Shown here piece by piece: positions 48,820-61,766 of a stretch of 64,000 nt of DNA; position 1 is the first letter of the stretch, and every line of letters begins with the position of its first letter. A program made the translations under genes and the position numbers. The notes beneath the pieces are model-generated. The model did not search any database, was not told the origin of the DNA, and worked only from the letters and a program-made list of their open reading frames with translations. The stretch lies in NCBI GenBank assembly GCA_046563655.1, contig CM102287.1, positions 9,052,001-9,116,000 on the forward strand. Direction: 5' to 3'. The stretch is from Yuukianura sp. NJ FZ-2021. Lineage: Eukaryota.

Positions 48820-50425
48820 CTATGGATGGATCATGACTTTGATGGCTCCGCCAGTTCCGTCCCGCGCAGTTTCAAAAGCTTTGACTGATTCTTCCAGTTT
48901 AAAGTGATGCGTGATCAGTTTCTTTACGTTTACTTTTCCAGAGGCAACCATAGCCAGTGCCGTGGGGTAGCTGGAAATAAAACGTAAACTCAATTGTAAA
49001 ACGTAAATCCGTAAAAATTTACTCCTTTTTGTAAACATTTACCAATTGGCATATCGAAATACACCGCGAATGTCAACTTCTCGACAAGCAGCATTTACCA
49101 TTGGCAAATTAATGTCTGGAGGCCCAAGTCCAACTAACATGACACATCCGCCGGACTTTGTACCCTAAAACGCAACAATTTCAAAAATGTTAACATTTTC
49201 AAAAACCAAACTTACACATTTTTCGTTTTTGAAAAACTACCAGAATAGCTGCTCGAATACTGGCTTCTGCTCCAGAGCACTCGATCGTAATGGTTGGCAT
49301 TTCACCCAATGTAGATTCAATTCCCTTTGCAATTTCATCTGCACTTTGACCTCTCTCAATTTTGTAAACTTCATCTGCCCCCACAGTTTTGGCTACTTCA
49401 AGACGACTCTCAACCAGATCTAAAACATCCAAATATTCACTTATGACCTTGACCTGGTGACCTTTAACCTTAACCGTGACCTTTGACCTGTAGCATAGAA
49501 AACTTTGACCTTGACTGACCTGTGACAATAACCCTTGAGGCACCCATGGCCTTAGCAACCATGATACTGACCAATCCTATTGGTCCAGCACCACAGACGA
49601 ACACGACACTTCCGAGCGTAACTCCCGCACGACGACAAGCATGGACTCCGACAGAAAGCGGTTCTAGCAAAGCGCCCTCTTCTAAAGAAACATTGTCTGG
49701 AAGCCTGTTTAAAATGAAAAAAAATTAATTTTCGAAAATTTTCCAATTTTTTTTTTGTTTTGGAAAATTTTTAACTCACTTGAAACAGAAATCAGCTGCA
49801 TGATTGTACAGTCGACACAAGTTGCCATGATATGGTGGAGTGGCACAAAACACAACGTCTTTACATAGATTGTATTTCCCGGTTTTGCAGAATTGGCAAT
49901 ACCGACATGGCACTCCGGGTTCAATGGCCACACGATCGCCCACTTTGAGGTCATTGACCTTCCGACCCACTTTGGCCACTACTCCAGCAGCCTCGTGACC
50001 CAGAACCATCGGAGCCTTCACGATAAAGTCTCCGATACGTCCACGTTCCCTTAAAGTCCAACCAATCCAAATTCAACACTTGTTTTGAATTAATACAGTA
50101 TTTTCTGGCATATAACGCGAGAAAATAGGGTGAAAATTAATCAATAACGCAAATATTTTTCCGCAAGATTACCAGTAATGAACATCCGATCCGCAGATTC
50201 CAACTGCTGCCATCCGAATTTGGACTTCTGTTGATACAATGAACACAGCATTTTAGTAAAAGTTTGACAAAAAAAAATTCAAATTCACTTTTTGATCCAG
50301 GTTTTTCAAAATTTTGAAAAAGACGTTTACTTACCATGATCATCTGGTTCTGAAACAGGCCTGTCTTCCAATCTCAAGTCTCCAATTTTGTACAAAATCG
50401 CTGACAAGTTGTCACTACCGGCCAT
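48820..50425 (-). CDS. SORD: Sorbitol dehydrogenase (Zn-dependent MDR)
   Basis: [65 protein letters not shown]. Confidence 0.95.
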
Positions 50426-51066
50426 TTTCAATAGTTTTCAAAAATTATGGAACTCTTTTTGGAAAATGAAGAAATTTTATGTAGTAGTGCTGGAGAATAC
50501 TGCGGTTGAGCAGCTGAAATCCAAGTGGATGTGTAAATTGAGAAAGTTAGACTAGGGTAGGGGATATAACGCTACGTGTCTAACCTTCACTTTATGTTAT
50601 GCACAAGCAGAAGTTAAGATTTGGAAAGTTTTTGAGTCAAAAGTGACCATGACGTCTTTCAAAATCCAAGGTCAACAACATTGACCTTTGAAAAGACGAT
50701 GACTTGCATATAACTTCAAAATCTAAAACTGTTGTAGCTTATATCCCAGCATCTTCAGATGAAGACCTTACAAGGTCAAAAACTGTCAGAATTTAGACAA
50801 ACAGACAAAAGCGCTTCGTAGATATAGAAAACCATAATATTACTATGTAATATCATGAAATTTTAATGCTTGAACGACTAAAAAGTATAGTGAGATAACT
50901 TACATTAGTTAAAATGTACATTTGTGGTTGTTGTGTTTTTGATTATGGTTAATTAATGGTTAAAGTTAAACTAAATTTAACAGTCTAAATACACTTTGTA
51001 GTTGGCACTTTAAGTTCAGCCGAATTCGAACTACATGCTGTATTTATCAGTTACGAAATTTGAAAC

Positions 51067-51696
51067 ATGGCGGACTCTACCGTATTTTTTGACGTGACGG
51101 CCAATGGAAACGCAATAGGGAAAATAAAAATTCAGGTACTCATATCATCAAACTTTCTAAAATTTTGAAAATTTAACGTTTTCCTACAAGAAAAAACCAT
51201 TTTTTTTAGCTTTTTGGCAAAGTTGTACCAAAAACGGCTGAAAATTTTCGCGCTCTGTGTACTGGCGAGAAGGGATACGGCTACAAGGGCTCCATTTTTC
51301 ACCGTATCATTCCACAATTTATGTGTCAAGGCGGTGATTTTACAAAATTTAACGGAACTGGCGGTCGTTCCATCTACGGTGAAAAATTTGCTGATGAAAA
51401 CTTTACGTTGAAGCATACCGAACCAGGTTTTTGCTACTAACCTAATGCAACAAATCGCTAGCTAAAATTTCATAATTGTTTTTCTAGGCTATCTCTCCAT
51501 GGCCAATGCTGGTCCGAATACAAACGGATCACAATTTTTCATTACGACTGCTAAAACACCGTGGTTGGATGGGAAACACGTCGTTTTTGGACGCGTAATT
51601 GAAGGAATGGACGTCGTCAAACGTATCGAATCTTTCGGCAGTATGTCCGGAAAGCCAAGTCAGAGAATTGAAATTGCAGATTGCGGTCAATGTTAA
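51067..51696 (+). CDS. Cyclophilin A-type peptidyl-prolyl isomerase
   Basis: [58 protein letters not shown]; 3 exons. Confidence 0.95.
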
Positions 51697-52203
51697 AACG
51701 TTTTTATGCTAAAAAGCGCTATGCTAAAACTGTTCTGAATTAAAATCAAAATTAAATTAGGGTTCAAGAACTTTCGGTATGGAATTTCAATTAATATTTC
51801 AATTTCTAAACTTCTAACGCTCGTAAGTTTCGTTAGCGTGAGAATGTACTTTGCTAAGTTTAACTAACTTTGCTATAGGTATTAGTTATGTTATTAATTA
51901 AAAAATTGGGGTACATTGCGAAATTTTAAAAATTTAAAATTAATTTGAAATTTCATAAATTCTGGCATAAATTTCGTGATCATTACGGAGTGTTGTAGCG
52001 TCATTGAAAAGCGGGCTAAAAGCCCGCGAATTTTGAACTTATATTAATTTTTTTTTTAAAGAAAAAGTAAAATTTTAATTTTCTCCTCCCATTCCCATTT
52101 CTTTTGGTAAGTCTGCTTTTAATTGAATCAATTAATTATGAATCAATCAATCACCTAGACCTAATTGGGCTAATTTGTTGTATTTTTGTAGAATCGTTGA
52201 CAA

Positions 52204-54887
52204 ATGGAGAAAGAGAAAGAATCGTTGCCTGCTGGAGGAAGTGGCACCGGCGAATTGTTAGGCGGATCATCATATGTTATTGAAGAAGTAATGGAAGTGG
52301 ACGAAGAAGTTGTGGAAATTGTTGAAGAGCAGGAAGTAATTGAAAGTGGACTATCGGAATTTGATGTAATAGAAGGTGTTGATAGCAACGAAGCATTCCT
52401 AACGGCAGAAGAAACGGAAGATGGCGAAGTAGTTGAGATTTCGGGAGAGATGGATCCATTGTCATCGCAAGTTGAATCCGGGGGAACACTGGATGCTGGA
52501 AGTGCTGCTAGCAGTGCTGAAGAAGGTTATCATCTTCCACCAGACGTTGGACGCGAAGATGTTATTGACGATACGGCAGCAACTGATGAACTGGGGTTGC
52601 AGGAACCTGCTGCCTTTGAAGAAGTGGAGGATGAAGACAAGGAAAATGGAGGCCAGGGTTCACAGCAATCGGATTTTGCTGAGGAAGTCGAAACCGAGAC
52701 AGTTATGGAGATAACAAGGCGAAGGCTTTCCCATGAAGGAATCTGCTACTGGTATACATCTAACTCCGGCTTAATCGTTTCATTTTGGTTCGTTAATTGA
52801 ACTTGAATACTTCTCTATTCATTTCAGCGGAAAAGACCGGAATCTGAACATTGCAGAACTTCTCTGCGCCTCATGTCATCGATGGTACCACGAGTCCTGT
52901 ATTGGCTACCAACTTGGCAAATTGGTTCCCTTTATGATGAATTACATCTTCATTTGCAAAAACTGCTCTGCAACTGGACTGGAGTCTTTCAAACGAAGCC
53001 CGGCACGTGAGTAAATCAATCTTTCCAATGAATTTCTTTATTCATTGATATACATCAAATGATTTTTTGTCGTTTCTTCATTAGCCTTCGTCCAGATCTG
53101 TGTCACTGCCATTGCAAATTTGCAGCAAGCTAGTGTAAAGGACGGCTCAAATCGACAACGTTTTTCAAAGGACGGAGAGATCATTCCATTTATTGACATG
53201 CACTGGGAGGGTATGACCCCGACGCGGCGTAGTTCTTTAGCTTGGCAAACAACTGTAAGTATTTTGAATTTTGACAAAACTAATGTAACTTATTTTCCAT
53301 TTGTACCGCAATGTGATTCAAATTCATTTTTTCGGCGTCAAAGGTATCCAGAACACTACTCAAAGAAAATAATCTTTTTGCTCGGCTGAACGATGCGGCG
53401 GATCCAGCATCTCCGTATTTTGGTCTTTTGGATCTCGACCTTACTCAAATTAGACCAAACTACGAAGCTATGATTCAGTCCGGAATTTTGAAGTTGGGAG
53501 ACTACACGAGTAAGAAAGTTTCACTAAATCAACCAATCCCGGTGATTATCTTAGCGCTGCCTTCTGATTTTTTTGTTCTTCAAAGGTGGCAACCTTCGTC
53601 GTGGAGGAACAAAACGAAGAACTGTCGATGGCAGCAGTATTTTTGCTCAGAGTCAAGCAGCAGTTGCAAAGAAAACAAAGGGAGACGTATTCATAGCCAA
53701 GTCGTACGGTATGGGATTTGGGTACCCTTCTGAGCATCCCTTCAACAAAGATGGCTACCGATACATTTTGGCTGAACCGGATTCGAATGCTCCGTTTCGT
53801 CAAGACTTTGACGAGAGCAGTGACTGGGCGGGGAAACCAATTCCAAGTTTTCTGTACCGAGTTTTAATTCCACCTTATGTTTTCCTTGCTGTTCATGACC
53901 GAGCACCACAACTCAAAGTGTCCGATGATAAGCTGACTGTCACTGGTGAAAAGGGGTACTGCATGATTCGAGCGAGTCACTGTAAGCGCTTTTTTAAAAA
54001 CTTATCCAAATTCAAATTCATGTTTTAAATATTTGTTTTGAATTTCCAGTTGTTACAAAGGGCTCGTGGTTTTGGGAAGTGAAAGTAATTGACCTTCCGG
54101 ACACCGCCGCCTGTCGGATAGGATGGGGTCAATGTTATGCCAATTTACAAGCACCTTTGGGATTTGACAAGTTTGGATACAGTTGGAGATCTCGGCTTGG
54201 AACAAAATTTCATCAAGCCATTGGGAAAACATACTGTCCCGGAGGATACACAGTCGGTGACGTCCTTGGCTTCATGATTATCCTTCCAGAACCTTTGTCT
54301 CATGTCAAAAATATCTACGGACCAATGGATCCCCTGTCCGTGGCAGAATCGTTCAAGGAGAAGGTAAACTCAATTAATCAAACGCGTTTGTTTGTATGTA
54401 AGAAGTGCAGTAATTTACGTCTCTTCCTTCCTTCTTGTTCTGCATAGCCTTTAGTACGATTCAAGTCTCATCTCTACTATGAAGACAAAGACATTTCTGC
54501 CGAGGTAGAAGTAAATGATGTTCGGCATGGTTCCAAAATCATCTGTTTCAAGAACGGCGTTTGTCAAGGCGTTGCGTACGAAGATCTGTTTGAAGGAGTC
54601 TACTATCCCTCTATATCACTGTACAAAAATGCAGTAGTAAAGGCCAATTTTGGACCTAACTTTGATTTTCCACCTTCCAAGACCGATTTTGATTACAAAC
54701 CGGTAAGTACTCAAGAAACAATTTCCTAACTACTTTAATTTAAAACCTAATGTCAATTGGTTGTTTTGATTAGTTTCAAGATCGTGCAGAAGAAGCCATC
54801 ATCGAACAAACAATGTCCGACATTCTGTTTCTGACTGAGAACGATGGAAAACTAAGTTTAGACTGCCCTATCGCTGTGCCCAACTAA
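52204..54887 (+). CDS. ash2: Set1/COMPASS subunit Ash2
   Basis: PHD-like CASCHRWYHESC, FIDMHWEG, YPSEHPFNKDGYRYILAEPD, DRAPQLK, QAPLGFDKFGYSWRSR (SPRY), EQTMSDILFL. Confidence 0.95.
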
Positions 54888-55034
54888 TTAATTTATGAAC
54901 TTTCTTTTTGTATGTTTTATTGTAATTTAATTTATCTTTGACTGTTATTTGTAATGGATTTAAGACTTTTATCTAAAAATAACACTAGAGGACAGCACGA
55001 TGTTCAGAGGTGCAGTAGAATTTATCAGAGGAAC

Positions 55035-55473
55035 TTACGATAACTTCGGTTTGGGCCCAAGGTTTGGAAGTTGTACTTCATGGGCCTTAGCAGCAGCTAT
55101 TTTGTTAATTGCTTTGAATGTCCGAGGTTCCCAGATTGCAAGATCAGCCAACGTATGTCGATCGACTAAGATATTTTGCTGAGCTAGGCCTTCCAGGATT
55201 GTCGGAGTTCCCTGTGGCATGTAACCAAGTTCCTGTGCTGCAGCAGTAATCCTGTTTTCCCAGACGTGTCTAAACTGGGAGTCTCCTGTCCTTCTTAACA
55301 ATGTCTGCAACTGAAGAGACTTCTGGACGGCACGGATTGCTAAACTTCTACAATTTCCTTGTTCGACCGTAGAAATGGGCTGACAGTTTGAGCATCTGAC
55401 GACGTCTCCAAACCGTGTCCGGTTGGCAGTTAAACGTAGCTCGACGGAACAACCAGCCCGTAAGATTCACCAT
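55035..55473 (-). CDS. mRpL20: Mitochondrial ribosomal protein L20, with a 1-nt frameshift near 55354-55363
   Basis: WRRRQMLKLSAHFYGR in one frame; NCRSLAIRAVQKSLQ...WENRITAA...LADLAIWEPRTF in the next frame. Confidence 0.88.
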
Positions 55474-56036
55474 TGTTGAATTTCGTTTATGTCAATCTAA
55501 AAAACAATATCAGAAAAAGAACAAGTTTAGGTCTCAAATAAACGTCGTGAATTAACGAGTTACGTACAGTAAAAAAGATAGTCCCGGTAGTAGTAGATAG
55601 ACCCGCAGTCTGAGTAAATTGATTTACAGTTGCGTGACTGTTAACCTACCTTGCCACCTTTGGTAATTAATCGTTAATTAATTTAAATTATTCAACAAAT
55701 TACTCTGCTTCGATTTGTTTACAAATTGCAAAATTGTAAAAACACGTCGGGTATGACAAAAGCACTCAAACACACACACACCGATGGTCTTGGCTCGTAT
55801 GTTGTTCAAATATGGGCATGAATTGATGAATTAGTAATTAATTGAAACATTAGTTAATTAATTCAAGTTGATAGTTAACTAATTCAACTAAAAACTATGT
55901 AAACAAATTTAAATTTTGTTACAATGTAATAATGTTTATTTACTAGGATTGTTTCCTATTGTTTTTGGTCATACACTTCAAATTCAATTTCAATTTGGTG
56001 TTGAATGACCTTTGACCTCTGACCTGAGGTCAACAT

Positions 56037-56865
56037 TCAGCCATAGAATTTACAAGAAAATTTTGTTTTGCTTCTTGCTTTTAAATCCACTGAGCCAGCT
56101 TCTACACGCCAGCGTTGTGCTTCATCAGTAGCATCACAAGCGACGTAAGTAATCCGAGTATGAGGTCTGTACACAACAAATTTTTAAACAACTTGCCAAT
56201 TTCAAAAATACTGTCTTTTTGAGCTAACCCGTGACTTGTCACACATTGATTCAAAATGGTGCTTCGAATTTGGACTTCGGTGACCTCTGACCCCGGAACG
56301 TAAACTAATTCTACCATGTTTTTCATAGGAATTGGAAAGTCGTTGACATGCTGTGCGGTAATTTCATTGAGTGCTGCCCCCTTGGGGACTAGCCAAAACT
56401 CATTGACTATAAAATACAAGTAAAATAATATGAACATTAATATAAATTATGTAATTATATATATTATTTTATTCAAAACCTCTTACCCGAAGTATTTGGA
56501 AACCGTATTGCATCCCAAATTTGATTGGGTGCTCCATCAAACTCTGGATGAGACAAAACAGCTCCAACGAATATGCCGTACTCGGGTCTCATTATCGGTT
56601 CAGTTGCCGTCAAGTACTGCAATTTTGTCAATGTTCAATTAATTTAATAAACTTAAACGTTTAATATATATATATCTATATAATGAAATATATATTGTCA
56701 TGTAAAATAATAGTTTCTTACACTCACAAGTCAGTTAGAACTTACCGTTGAATCTTTGACGTTGACAAATTTGACAGATTCTCCATGTTTAACTACATTA
56801 GTACAAACCGAGTTACATACTACCAGGAGCAGTACGAACAAGGCGCTTGGGTAGTTGGTTGTCAT
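56037..56865 (-). CDS. Secreted ricin-B (beta-trefoil) lectin-like protein
   Basis: Signal peptide; PNQIW; QCVTSHG|PHTRITYVACDATDEAQRW after removing intron ~56168-56228. Confidence 0.65.
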
Positions 56866-57345
56866 ATTTTTGATTAGCTTATACAATATTGCAATGTATG
56901 AAATTAAAAACAGTATGAGTAAGATTGTGTATTCACTACTTATATAGACTTTGTCGACGAATGTTTTATGCCAAATCATGAAAAAGTATGGTTGAATACA
57001 TAAATTTTCCTAACTTATTCCTAGTTCTAACCACTTGAGTTAATGAAATTGTTAATTAAGTCTTAACTGCTGGAAGGTGGCAAAATTAATTGATTTTCGT
57101 AACTTCGAACAACTTGTGACCCTGCGACCTCCAAAATTTATTTTGGGTAATTTTGTTTCTGTATTCTATGTTAATATTCCAATCGGAGGGTTAAGAAATT
57201 TCGGAACCTGTAAATTTAATGTTGTACATTAGTATGAAATTTAAAACTCCGACATGTGAAATTTCAAAATTCTGAAAAATTTTTGAAGAAAGGAATTTAC
57301 TCACTGTAATTTTGCTACTTTGTATTCAAATTTACAGTTCAAATG

Positions 57346-59545
57346 TTAATCGAGACACTGAGCATAAGCAGAGCATTCTACTGCTCCACTTCCAATTTCA
57401 AGCGGCAAAAAATTTTGAACATGACGCCGTATACGCATATTTTCACTGTCGGTCATCTTTCGTGGTCGATTCACACTCCATGGAAATTTTGTTTCTAAAC
57501 CAGTCGACATTGCACAGAGAGTCACGTACTCTGTAATTTCCTTCATGTTTCCCAAAAATCCTCCAAACATTTTCCCTTGTGTCTTTCCAGTCATCCTAGT
57601 ATAAGCGCGGGAACACTTAAAATTTAAAAACCAAAGTGGTAAAAAGTTAAATTTTTAGTTTCTTACCATAGGTCATGAATTTGTCCTTGAAATAGGGACT
57701 CCATGATGGTTGCGTAGCGAAAGACGTCGGTATGTGTAGGATCAAACCATTCATAGCATTGTTGATACGCATTGACAAAAATTTTCCAAACCACGTCAAT
57801 AATTGCGTCATATTCATAGGACTCCATGATTTCGTGTACGGCAAGTTCCGATTCGTTGTCAAATTTTTTATAAGCTCCAGGGTTCGTTTTCTAGAAATTT
57901 TTGAATTTTTAAAACCAATAAGAAACACAAAACAAAAATTCCAAGGTTCGTAGACAAAAAAAATGTTTTCTCTACACCAGGTTGTCCAATAACTCAATGT
58001 TTTGGAAATTGTTAAAAAATTCGTAAAAAATTTTCTCCTGTAGCTTTCTATGGTAATTATATTTACATGTTATGTAAAGTGGAAAAAAATTATTTTTTTT
58101 TCCAGATTTTTGAAAATCGCGAGTTATTGGATAACCTGTTGTAGGAATACAATTCGGTTGTCAAGGAACCTTGAAAAATTCCTTGAAACGTTACTTGGAA
58201 TTTTCTTTTTACCGGGTGACTCTTGTCACACTCGTCATGAGATGATTCGTCTATAAACGGAAACGCAGTTGCGTTTGACGCACACTGAGCAAGCGCAGTC
58301 AATATTCTGTTCGTTCCAGCGTAGTCGTTGTTAAATTCATTCAAATAATTTCGTTTCATAAGAACTGCGGTAAAAGTGTCCACAGCTAGATCCAAAACTT
58401 CTGGTTTGACGTAGTATGATGGACAAGTTTTCAACATCACTTGTTTACTTGCATCTAAAATTTTGAAAACAGGATAGTCCTGCATAGATGCTGGTGGAGT
58501 TCCAGGATTTCCGAGTCCAAGGACTTCGTCGAGCTGTTGGTCCAAGTAATTCCAAATTTCCGAAACGATTATCAGACTTTCAACGGATTTTGCATCGGCT
58601 GCATCGGCGGGAATGTCGGGCCCAAACGGCTCAGCTCCGGTTGGATCCCAAAAATCTTCGTCATCCGGATCAGATGCATCGGCTATCGGATTTTTTACAA
58701 CAGCTAGTGGCGTTAACATACGCCGATGCCTAGTGAGGTCGTCCAAACTGTTTCTCGGTTCGAAACTTTCAGGACACGTATCTTGATCTGGAAAATTCAA
58801 TGAAAAGTTAAATTTCCGAAATGAACCGAAAACCAAACCGGTACTGCTAGGTGCCGGTTTTAGAATTCCGGTACTGCTTACCTTGAACAACTTCGTAACA
58901 CTCTACCGGTAAGATTCTTTTGTCTATACTTCTGCAGCCATCGAAGACTTTTCGGATGGCCTTGAGGTCGTTGAACTCGTAAAGACAGTAAACGTTCTTG
59001 GCCTCTGAATGATTTTGACCAAGGCAAATTTTTGACATTCCATCCGAGATTGTTACGGGTTGGGTTGTAACGAGAAAGTCTCCGGCGTCTACTCTTAGTT
59101 CTTGGCTTACTTCGTACTGTTCCCGCCGTTTTTCACCAATCAGAGACAGTTGTGTACCGCTCTTAGCAGCTTGTTCAACTCTTCGTATCTTGTTTTAAAA
59201 AAAGTTAGAAAAATGTATTTGCAATACAAAGTTTCAGATTTATTAGAGTTGACTGTAAACTATAACTGTACCATTTCTCTGGGACTGAAACAATGCTGAT
59301 TTTCCACGGCGACGTAGCTATACTCAAGGCAAGAACTGTAAATTTTCCACCTACAAAAAAAAAGCAGTCAAAGTTCAAGTTTTGCAAGGTTTTTGGAATT
59401 CTTTTTCAAAACTTTTTTGAAGAACTTACAATCCAGAATGAAGACAGGTACAAGAAAACGGTTCTGCAATGTCTACATCACATGAGTACGAGCTCTTACT
59501 CTCTCCTTTGTACAAATCAAGTTGCCCAACTACTAAGAACATCAT
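57346..59545 (-). CDS. Uncharacterised multi-exon protein (start uncertain)
   Basis: About six exons; the upstream ones join in frame via GT-AG introns (ORFs 58847-59038, 58090-58890, 57647-57997, 57346-57594); no recognised domain. Confidence 0.6.
57935..58180. mobile_element. Degenerate intronic inverted-repeat (MITE-like) element
   Basis: TCTACACCAGGTTGTCCAATAACTC (57971) pairs with GAGTTATTGGATAACCTGTTGTAGG (58121); CAAGGTTCGTAGACAA pairs with TTGTCAAGGAACCTTG. Confidence 0.55.
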
Positions 59546-59982
59546 TTTAAAAAATATACCTATAAACACTAGCTCCTTTACCACGCTCATAGTTGCCTTT
59601 AGATATTTTTTCCAACGTTTTTGCAACCTTTTCTTTAGTAGTCTGCTTTTTTAACAGTTTTTTCAGTTTAACAGTTTCAGCTACACCAGATATTGCTAAA
59701 CGTCTTTTTGTGTACTCTCAACAAATTTCACTTTTCAAGTAAATACAAAGTAACAATTAAACTTACTTTCGTTTTTATCAATGCCCATTGTCTTCTTTTC
59801 ACAAGGAGAATATTACTACCATAATAGGTTATAACGATCGAGAACCACTATTTACATGTAATAATGTTGAACATAAAATATTTATTATGCATAACTAATT
59901 ATAAGTTAATTATAAATATCCTAACCTGTTTTTCTCTGTTTTCTTCTAACTTTTGAGTAGGTACTCTTAGATGTATAGGTTC

Positions 59983-61378
59983 TTAGCTCAAGTTGAATTG
60001 CACCAGCACGATAGTATACGTAATAGCGGCTCCAAGAATCTGGAAAGTTATTAACGTTTTTAGAAAGCCATAAAAAATTGAAACTTTAAAAAGAAAGTTT
60101 TGGAAAACTTGTTGCATACTGCAGTCATGGCTGATCTTCCAAATGTAAAAAAGCCGCAAACGTTGACTTCAAAATTTGTATTTGTAACGAACATCTTCAA
60201 GTCCCTGACGGCGCGTTCATCTCTCTTTGTCTCAAAGCCAAGGACGGCTAGCTTTAGTCTGCTGTACTGTATAGGTCATAGGTCAAATTTTCAAAACACC
60301 ATTTTTTCGAATTTGAAAACTTCCTAAAATACATTATTCGTACGCTCTGTTGAAGGTTGTGGCCAATATGGGCCTTGGAACCAATGTAGAAGGACATCCT
60401 AGCAGTTGCATCCAACATTGCAAGACCTCGCAAGGTCAAGAGGTCATCTCCGTTCAGAAGTATGTGACACGTTATAAAACTGATGTTAGATACCATGGCT
60501 GTACTAGTAGGTACGAAGAACAGAAGAGGCGGTTGTAAAGCAGACGAGAAGGCCAAAAATATTCCATGAATAGCCTTGACCTCCTGAAATATTTGGCCAA
60601 TCTGGTTTGCTGCGTTCGAATCCCCGTCCGGCCGAACTCTGATGTTGAAAGCGGGGTCAAAGGTCATATGCTGACCAAGTTTAGCAGAAATTGAGTCAAC
60701 CCGCTTAGAAATGGCGTTAGACAGGAGAAGTGCTAGCACATGATGCATGGCTGTTGTTGTTAGGACGTTCCAAAAGTGAATGATAAATACAAAACGAAGG
60801 AAAATATCTATTTTGGAAATTCGAACATTTTTACAAAAATTTCCGCAAAGGGCGGAAATTGTTGGACTTTCAAACACCATGTCATAAGATACGTTTGTCC
60901 AGTAAATATTTACTACACAATATGTAGCCCAAAAAATGAAGACAAGCGTTTGATTCCAACCAATCAACGCACTTAAACTTTTGCTGGTTGGAGATCCGCC
61001 GTTTCCAAAATTTTGATCGTAGATTGTCAAATTTTTGGAGATTAAAGTGAGTTTTGGAATTGCACGGACACAGAGAGAGTAGTTGACTGATACCAAAAGG
61101 ATTAAAGAAATTCTCAACATTGTGTCAGCTTTGTTCAAAAATTCGTTTTTGGACATCAGAGATTCTTTTACCAACAAGGCAGAAATTGGTAAAAACATGA
61201 TGACAAAAATCACGCGAAATCCTGAAACTAGGAAACTCCAAAATATTGACACTTTTTGAACAATTTGTGAGACTTTGTTGGTGTTCTTGTGATTTTCTTT
61301 AGAGTGAACTGGGAGTTGACCCAACACACGAAACAACCGAAGCAAATGCTGTATTGCTGCCAATTCGCCCATTTTCAT
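59983..61378 (-). CDS. Gustatory receptor
   Basis: Long multi-TM first exon, then NVCGFFTFGRSAMTA|ILGAAITYTIVLVQFNLS* with the canonical TYxxxxxQF motif. Confidence 0.9.
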
Positions 61379-61766
61379 ACTCTGACAATTTTACCGGAGT
61401 TTGAACGTTAACAGGTTGAACTACTAAAGATGACTATTTGACAATTTGTGACGAGATGTTTATATAAGTATTCAATAAAGTAAATTGCTCTTACACAAAA
61501 AAGTGTCATTTTTGTGATCACTAAACTAATTTATCAAATTGACTTTTTGCATTAGGTAAAAATTAATTTCCTTAATAACCCAACCGTATGCAGGCAGTAA
61601 CGCGGAACACTGTTTTAAAAAATTTGTTTGTCAACATTTATTGATCTAATTTATAAATTACATTAAGGGTGCATATACCTTATGCTAGTTCTAAGTTTTT
61701 AGGTAGTTTAACCAATAGCGTTAAAATTATGTTATAATGTAAGATAGCTTACAGTAATTTAACATA

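Larger units (their letters stand above)
43283..49213. repeat. Tandem segmental duplication, unit about 3 kb (~43283-46226 and ~46291-49213)
   Basis: Colinear upstream region, GH1 exons and introns, and SORD 3' exons in both units. Confidence 0.9.

Noticed and set aside
52011..52027. GCGGGCT-AAA-AGCCCGC hairpin resembling an intrinsic terminator
   Set aside because: Only a 7-bp stem, upstream of a eukaryotic gene, no adjacent U-tract
59546..59788. Possible upstream coding exons of the orphan gene
   Set aside because: The splice combinations I tried hit stop codons; left as possible UTR
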